Shown: piece by piece, positions 35,501 through 38,978 of the stretch
How the letters are laid out: the number at the start of each line of letters is the position of its first letter
How positions within the stretch are numbered: the first letter of the stretch is position 1
Source: Phoronis australis
Lineage: Eukaryota > Animalia > Phoronida
Direction: 5' to 3'
Assembly (NCBI GenBank): GCA_002633005.1
Contig: NMRA01000848.1
Span: 82,419 to 121,396 of the forward strand
DNA: 38,978 nucleotides
Translations under genes and position numbers: made by a program
The notes under the pieces: model-generated
What the model saw: the letters and a program-made list of their open reading frames with translations, nothing else
Database searches by the model: none
Told to the model about the DNA's origin: nothing

Positions 35501-38478
35501 AAAAACGAGTTCTGTTTCACACGCTCCATCCCAGCACTCTGGAAACTCCCAACACACTGTTTATGAGAAGTGAAGCTAGGTGGATAGTTGTCTCACTTGC
35601 CTATACATGAGATTACTCCATATCGTGAAGATTGTGTGTTTTTGCTAAGTTCGGAAAACTTCACACGAGCTATTTACCTGACACGTGTCATTGTTACAGC
35701 ATTCACCATGGGCGCAGCTAGCGCCCTTCACCAACTGGCAGGTATACGGATGGCAGCACTTGTTCGTGCATTTGTTCGGTAAACCACAGTCGCATTCTTC
35801 ACCTGCATCGAGTTTTCCATTCATGCACGTCCCTGATGCAACCTGGATGGATTTTAAACATGTACATGTAAACACCAGCCAGAATTAGGTTCACGTGTGC
35901 AGGGATCAGGCAAGTAAGAGGGTATTTCTATGCGAATTTATTTTCTTCTGAACACGTTAATAATCCGGTAATTCGCTCTGCCAACGAAAAATAACCCAAA
36001 ATAATACGTGTACTATTGGAAGCGTTTTTCAACTAACTGTATCATAACAAAAACAAACCGCACGACGATTGCAGTTATCTCCGCACGTGACAACATCCTC
36101 CAAAGATTTGCACTCCTGCTTCAGGCAAATCTGCAACCAAAAGTGTACATAGAATCTGGTAGGCTAAAAACAAAGGTCAAGTTTTTGTAACCGATAGTTC
36201 ATCTACCCTAATACGCTGCATAAGTTTGATTGTTGCATGACGTCTGGTGCATTGTTGAACAATAACGACGTGGCGAGTGATAATGCGACGTCATTGTTGT
36301 TATGCAACGTATAACTTTTATGCGCCTGGGCCTAACTTAATAAGTTGTAAACCATCTCAAATCTGTTGCATGCTTGATGCTATTTTGTTATGAGACACAA
36401 AGCCCTGCCTTGGTGATCATATTCCAAGCTGGTGCCGTCAGCTGATCATAAACTAATAGTTCGTGTCTTCTCAACACTTTCGCAGTACGCCACAAATTAG
36501 ATAATATGGTTTGCAGTGGGGTTAACGACAGTGGCGCATAAAAATCCATTGGATAAATAAATGCTGTTCAGATATAGTCCGATTTCCCCTAAAACATCTA
36601 ACAAACGTTTTACCCAGAAATCCACGTTAGTGAATATCGCTGGCGTTAGGCAGCCCTAGACGCTTGCAGTTAAACACAATACATGTATACAGATCAGCCA
36701 AACCATTTTGTAGCTGTCCTACAGAACATTCCCACCTTGCCATCCCCACACACTGTGCCATCTGGTGCCATGCCTCGGTCGAAGTTTATACCCTCGCCAT
36801 AGTAAAACACGGTCTTTGCGCACTGGGCTGGGGACGTCGCACTTTGGTGGTAACTGGTGTTATGGAGACCGTCGTCCAACCACGTGATATCTTCTGGATT
36901 ACCCAAGTAACAGTGGAGCCGACCACAGCCAACATTTCTATGAATAACACAACACGCAAAGTGTCTGTTGTAGTGTCATAATACTGTTAGACATCGTTGT
37001 GTTATTACAACATTGTAATAGATGATGAAATGTGTCAAAAGATCTCAGTATTCAAGGGAAGACCTACGAGGTTTTACTGGTAGAGGCAACCCCCATTAAC
37101 GGAATAGATGGGAATGATTTTAGGGCGACAAGCATTACATGGTTTAGGCCTCAAACCATCCAAAAAGGAAAAGCTGATCAAAAACTTGACTATTTGAAGA
37201 AACCCTTTGCTTGATCTGTTAAATCGTAGAGGTAATTTTTTTCCAAAATGTTACTAGAATTACCTTCAAAGTTTACCCCGCGTTGCATGCATTGTGAAAC
37301 CGTTTTAGAATTTTAATTTTAGGGACGTCTGCTTCCTAATTCTGCAAACCCATGCCATAGTTGACTCAGAACAGTATAGTTCTTGCTTTAGCATCATACG
37401 GCCTCATTTGTCAACTCAAAACAAACCTAAATCACTGGAATTCATTGTTGTGTTTCACAAAAAGCCACAAAACGACTTCGGTTTCACTTAGAGACCCACT
37501 TAGTAATCATGAGATGACTTTTTGCGTATGAAAAAAACAATTCCTGAATGAAGTATTAAGGTAGTTCCTGTGTAAAAAGTTAAATAGTAGAAAAGATGCT
37601 GTGCTTCGCATCCACGTTTCAATAATACTCAATAACATCATCAGGAGTTTAGGGTGCACAAACTGTGATATTAAACAACCAATTGCTTTTCTCACCTATG
37701 TACATATTTATCCCATTTGCGTACTGACTACAATTCTGATGATGACATTGATTGTTGTTTTTACTATTCGACTTTCTACTGACCATCTGGCCAAGAACTG
37801 CCATGCTCTTTTATGAAATGGGCGCTTAGTTCTGCGTTCCCAACATGACTTTATTGACATCGCTTTTCCTCGACTTACTCTAGATGGCACGCAATCACAG
37901 TGTCCTCCAGAAAATCATGACCACAATCGCCAAAATGGCCGCCGAGGGCATTCAGTTGAAAGTTCTCGTGACACGCAACTGACGCTGGACCATAGATCTG
38001 CTGACAGGCACCTTTGACAGTGTTACACTTTCCATTGTAGCAGTAGGACTGAAAACACAGCGGCACTAAAGTTAAACATGCACGAACTGAACTTATCCAA
38101 GGGTACATAAGCAAGATATCTATCAACGTTGATGATAAGGCTGGTGCTGCTGCTGCCGCCGCTGCAGTACTTGTTCCTGCTTGTGCTGCCGCCGCCACCT
38201 CCGCTGCTGTACGTGTTGGCGGTGCTGCTACTTTCGCCGCTTCCGCTGATGCTGCTACAATCACTGCGGTACTTGTTGGTGGTGTTGCTGCCGCCGCCGT
38301 CTCCGCTGATGCTGATGCGTAAACTGCAAAAATAATGACCTACATTTTCTCCTTGAAAGGAGCACCTTGTCCCGTTCGGCTTGTGAAGATCGGCTGGACA
38401 GAATTCAGTTTCTCCTGTACAGTATTCGGGAGTGTCGCAGAATCCTCTTGACACTCGGCAAACTGATCCAGCTGTTAT
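2433..38478 (-). CDS. 5'-partial multi-exon gene: tandem ADAM-type (disintegrin + cysteine-rich +/- EGF) x5, TSP1, putative GPI signal; 28 exons, 3906 nt, 1301 aa in window
   Basis: Manual splicing: every intron is GT-AG, exon phases are compatible, and the summed length is divisible by 3 and ends at TGA 2433-2435. Motifs CxNGxxxxGExCDCG, CRxxxxxCDxxExC, CGxLxC, GxxCGxxK and VCDNxGxCxC..GYAPPxC are those of ADAM family ancillary domains. Confidence 0.9.
4301..4471 (-). CDS. Thrombospondin type-1 repeat exon
   Basis: [56 protein letters not shown], canonical TSP1 pattern; acceptor atattgtag, donor gtaaat; 171 nt, phase 1-1. Confidence 0.93.
5893..6004 (-). CDS. Module E EGF-like exon
   Basis: [37 protein letters not shown]; acceptor ctgtttctag, donor gtgagc; 112 nt, phase 0-1. 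Confidence 0.92.
6221..6344. mobile_element. Possible short MITE with imperfect CAGTGGCGGAT-like termini
   Basis: Starts catgggcggatccag and ends taaatcccccactg; similar termini near 13600-13616 (agatctgccactg) and 38794 (cataggcggatttag). Confidence 0.35.
7656..7724 (-). CDS. Module E exon C3 (end of ACR, start of EGF-like)
   Basis: [23 protein letters not shown]; acceptor ttcttgcaag, donor gtaact; 69 nt, phase 0-0. Confidence 0.88.
8071..8248 (-). CDS. Module E exon C2
   Basis: [59 protein letters not shown]; acceptor cttttttag, donor gtaatg; 178 nt, phase 2-0. Confidence 0.92.
9361..10040. repeat. Diverged 55-bp minisatellite with an inverted internal block (9427-9555)
   Basis: The gatc/ggtc anchor recurs at 9637, 9692, 9747, 9802, 9857, 9912, 9967 and 10022 (period 55); consensus approx. 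ccagactacactgaacatgatcatttccttggtgtaatatcaaggagatttataa. Confidence 0.9.
10337..10506 (-). CDS. Module E exon C1
   Basis: [56 protein letters not shown]; acceptor ccactgtag, donor gtaagt; 170 nt, phase 0-2. Confidence 0.9.
10859..11103. repeat. About 245-bp foldback palindrome (MITE-like)
   Basis: Perfect 26-bp centre aggctgttccaaatttggaacagcct (10967-10992); arms ccatcttccgaagttattaga/tctaataacttcggaagatgg and cttattttcacaaccagaaaa/ttttctggttgtgaaaataag. Confidence 0.88.
12121..12252 (-). CDS. Module E exon D2
   Basis: [44 protein letters not shown]; acceptor atttgtcag, donor gtaagc; 132 nt, phase 0-0. Confidence 0.92.
13273..13335 (+). mobile_element. tRNA-like Pol III head (SINE or tRNA pseudogene fragment)
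   Basis: A-box-like tggtgaagtgg (13277-13287) and B-box-like gagttcgagtc (13320-13330) at tRNA spacing; I could not fold an intact cloverleaf. Confidence 0.45.
13729..14010 (+). mobile_element. Penelope-like retroelement remnant (GIY-YIG endonuclease C-terminal half), pseudogenised
   Basis: [34 protein letters not shown]/fs/[50 protein letters not shown]; resembles the PLE pattern YIGETKQ..RM..H..DSAV..HL...H....W..RG.KEA....P.LN.GGGLR, recalled from memory. Confidence 0.8.
14432..14593 (-). CDS. Module E exon D1
   Basis: [54 protein letters not shown]; acceptor ttctttcgtag, donor gtggtt; 162 nt, phase 0-0. Confidence 0.9.
14736..14807 (-). CDS. Module D exon C3 (EGF cysteines lost)
   Basis: [24 protein letters not shown]; acceptor tcttgttag, donor gtgagt; 72 nt, phase 0-0. 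Confidence 0.87.
15471..15636 (-). other. Candidate extra or alternative C2-type exon (diverged duplicate; mutually exclusive exon or relic)
   Basis: Open [55 protein letters not shown] between aatag and gttagt; 166 nt with the same phase 2-0 and the same CGxLx...C...TVCxxK layout as the C2 exons. The acceptor is weak and one Cys is Ser. Confidence 0.45.
15682..15865 (-). CDS. Module D exon C2
   Basis: [61 protein letters not shown]; acceptor atattttag, donor gtacgc; 184 nt, phase 2-0. Confidence 0.9.
16786..16955 (-). CDS. Module D exon C1
   Basis: [56 protein letters not shown]; acceptor gccttacag, donor gtaagt; 170 nt, phase 0-2. Confidence 0.92.
17744..17881 (-). CDS. Module D exon D2
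   Basis: [46 protein letters not shown]; acceptor gtgttcaag, donor gtaagc; 138 nt, phase 0-0. Confidence 0.9.
19043..19207 (-). CDS. Module D exon D1
   Basis: [55 protein letters not shown]; acceptor tcttctcag, donor gtaaat; 165 nt, phase 0-0. Confidence 0.92.
19907..19951 (-). CDS. Module C exon C3 (short, no EGF)
   Basis: [15 protein letters not shown]; acceptor gttcccatag, donor gtaagc; 45 nt, phase 0-0. Confidence 0.82.
20161..20907 (-). mobile_element. Internally deleted Academ-like DNA transposon with TIRs, TTT flanks and a Cys-rich C-terminal coding remnant
   Basis: Left end tagctgggcagatag...tgatgcaagcacca matches the reverse complement of the right end tcgctgggaagataa...tgatacaagcacca; ttt on both flanks; 20810-20650 minus reads PADWG*...W...[34 protein letters not shown]. 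Confidence 0.65.
21051..21213 (-). CDS. Module C exon C2
   Basis: [54 protein letters not shown]; acceptor cttcacag, donor gtagg; 163 nt, phase 2-0. Confidence 0.92.
21943..22115 (-). CDS. Module C exon C1
   Basis: [57 protein letters not shown]; acceptor gccttgtag, donor gtatgt; 173 nt, phase 0-2. Confidence 0.92.
24407..24541 (-). CDS. Module C exon D2
   Basis: [45 protein letters not shown]; acceptor tgtttctag, donor gtatgt; 135 nt, phase 0-0. Confidence 0.92.
24798..24946 (-). CDS. Module C exon D1
   Basis: [49 protein letters not shown]; acceptor ttctgtcaag, donor gtattt; 149 nt, phase 1-0. Confidence 0.9.
26219..26345 (+). mobile_element. Second Penelope-like GIY-YIG remnant
   Basis: [19 protein letters not shown]/fs/[19 protein letters not shown] resembles the PLE SAI.DH....NH.IDW....I....R.IKE pattern. 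Confidence 0.65.
26504..26615 (-). CDS. Module B EGF-like exon
   Basis: [37 protein letters not shown], the typical ADAM VCNN..CHC..GWAPP.C...G.GGS.DSG pattern; acceptor attctcag, donor gtaagt; 112 nt, phase 0-1. Confidence 0.92.
27475..27540 (-). CDS. Module B exon C3 (end of ACR, start of EGF-like)
   Basis: [22 protein letters not shown]; acceptor ttgttccgcag, donor gtaagt; 66 nt, phase 0-0. Confidence 0.88.
28762..28945 (-). CDS. Module B exon C2
   Basis: [61 protein letters not shown]; acceptor ttccaatag, donor gttaag; 184 nt, phase 2-0. Confidence 0.9.
30740..31610. repeat. Old ~380-bp tandem duplication (about 30740-31122 and 31231-31610)
   Basis: Collinear shared anchors tttctgatttagat, tatctacgaa.atcga, ttgcag.ctga, acgatttttg.ct.tct.aaataa, ctcacaatgcaaatg.caa, attgctcatt. 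Confidence 0.8.
31086..31250. repeat. Recent 55-bp x3 tandem repeat
   Basis: attaagtcataaaaccaagtaaaaacgtattgctcattgttgatttctgatttag at 31086, 31141 and 31196; one substitution in copy 3. Confidence 0.95.
32802..32971 (-). CDS. Module B exon C1
   Basis: [56 protein letters not shown]; acceptor tctgtccag, donor gtatgt; 170 nt, phase 0-2. Confidence 0.92.
33442..33573 (-). CDS. Module B exon D2
   Basis: [44 protein letters not shown]; acceptor tattttag, donor gtatgt; 132 nt, phase 0-0. Confidence 0.92.
35678..35842 (-). CDS. Module B exon D1 (disintegrin, first half)
   Basis: [55 protein letters not shown]; acceptor ccatccag, donor gtaaat; 165 nt, phase 0-0. Confidence 0.9.
36059..36130 (-). 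CDS. Module A exon C3 (end of ACR plus residual EGF start)
   Basis: [24 protein letters not shown]; acceptor ttggttgcag, donor gtttgt; 72 nt, phase 0-0; not in ORF track. Confidence 0.8.
36736..36937 (-). CDS. Module A exon C2 (cysteine-rich, includes hypervariable region)
   Basis: [16 protein letters not shown]...[30 protein letters not shown]; acceptor attcatag, donor gtggg; 202 nt, phase 2-0. Confidence 0.9.
37879..38048 (-). CDS. Module A exon C1 (ADAM cysteine-rich)
   Basis: [56 protein letters not shown]; acceptor gttttcag, donor gtaag; 170 nt, phase 0-2. Confidence 0.92.
38137..38318. repeat. GC-rich GCT/GCC/GGT trinucleotide low-complexity repeat in intron
   Basis: gctgctgctgccgccgctgcagtacttgtt ... 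gctgccgccgcc.. tccgctgatgctg recurring. Confidence 0.8.
38344..38478 (-). CDS. Module A exon D2 (disintegrin, second half)
   Basis: [45 protein letters not shown]; acceptor tctcttttag, donor gtagg; 135 nt, phase 0-0. Confidence 0.9.
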
Positions 38479-38978
38479 CTAAAAGAGACAATTATTCAAC
38501 GTGCGATTATCCATTTGTAAGCATTTGGTGCCAAAATAACTATTGGACAGTCAAAGCAAGGAAATGAACTCAATCTTATAATGTTGCAAATCCAATGGTA
38601 TTTTGTGAATCCGACGTCAACTTAACAATTTCATTTTATCCATTTTTATCATTTATCGCATACACAATTCTGTTTCCTAAATCCAATGGTGCTTTATAAA
38701 GTCGATTATGTTTCGTTTTTGCATATTCAACCAGTTCAGTGGATTTTGTTGTATCACTTCAACTGCGGTTCGTTGATGCAATGTCAACTGATGCATAGGC
38801 GGATTTAGGAGGGACCCCTTTGGTAGCCGCAAAAATAAAGCGCCAAAACCGTGGGGAAATCTTGAATTTGTTAATTGCAATGAACATTATACGACCGAAA
38901 AAAGATTTGACATTGTGTGGAGATTTAGTTTGTGTGTGCGTGTGGGGGAAAGCGGGGGGGGCGAGGTGGGGCTCGGAT

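Noticed and set aside
37875-38335. Ala-rich and Leu/Pro-rich ORFs
   Set aside because: They are translations of the intronic trinucleotide repeat; only the part overlapping exon A-C1 is real coding sequence.
5893-38478. Cluster of five separate ADAM genes or pseudogenes
   Set aside because: No prodomain, HExxH or TM exons between modules. Inter-module introns are as short as 142 and 216 nt, and all phases join in frame without stops.

Overview
Intron-rich animal genomic DNA (probably an invertebrate; the species cannot be determined from the sequence). The window is dominated by the 3' part of one minus-strand gene. I spliced it by hand into 28 GT-AG exons (38478 down to 2433). The phases match throughout and give one open frame of 3906 nt (1301 aa plus stop). 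The protein has at least five tandem ADAM-type disintegrin + cysteine-rich (ACR) modules, called A-E here. Only B and E keep the full ADAM EGF-like domain. They are followed by one thrombospondin type-1 repeat and a terminal exon that looks like a GPI-anchor signal. No metalloprotease, transmembrane or cytoplasmic segment is present in the window, and the 5' part lies beyond the right edge. An extra, diverged ACR-type exon sits 45 nt behind the module D exon and may be mutually exclusive with it. Introns contain two Penelope-like GIY-YIG remnants, an internally deleted Academ-like DNA transposon, a foldback palindrome, a 55-bp minisatellite with a template-switch-type inversion, a nested tandem duplication and simple repeats. 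Most ORFs in the supplied track are spurious or merely overlap these exons.
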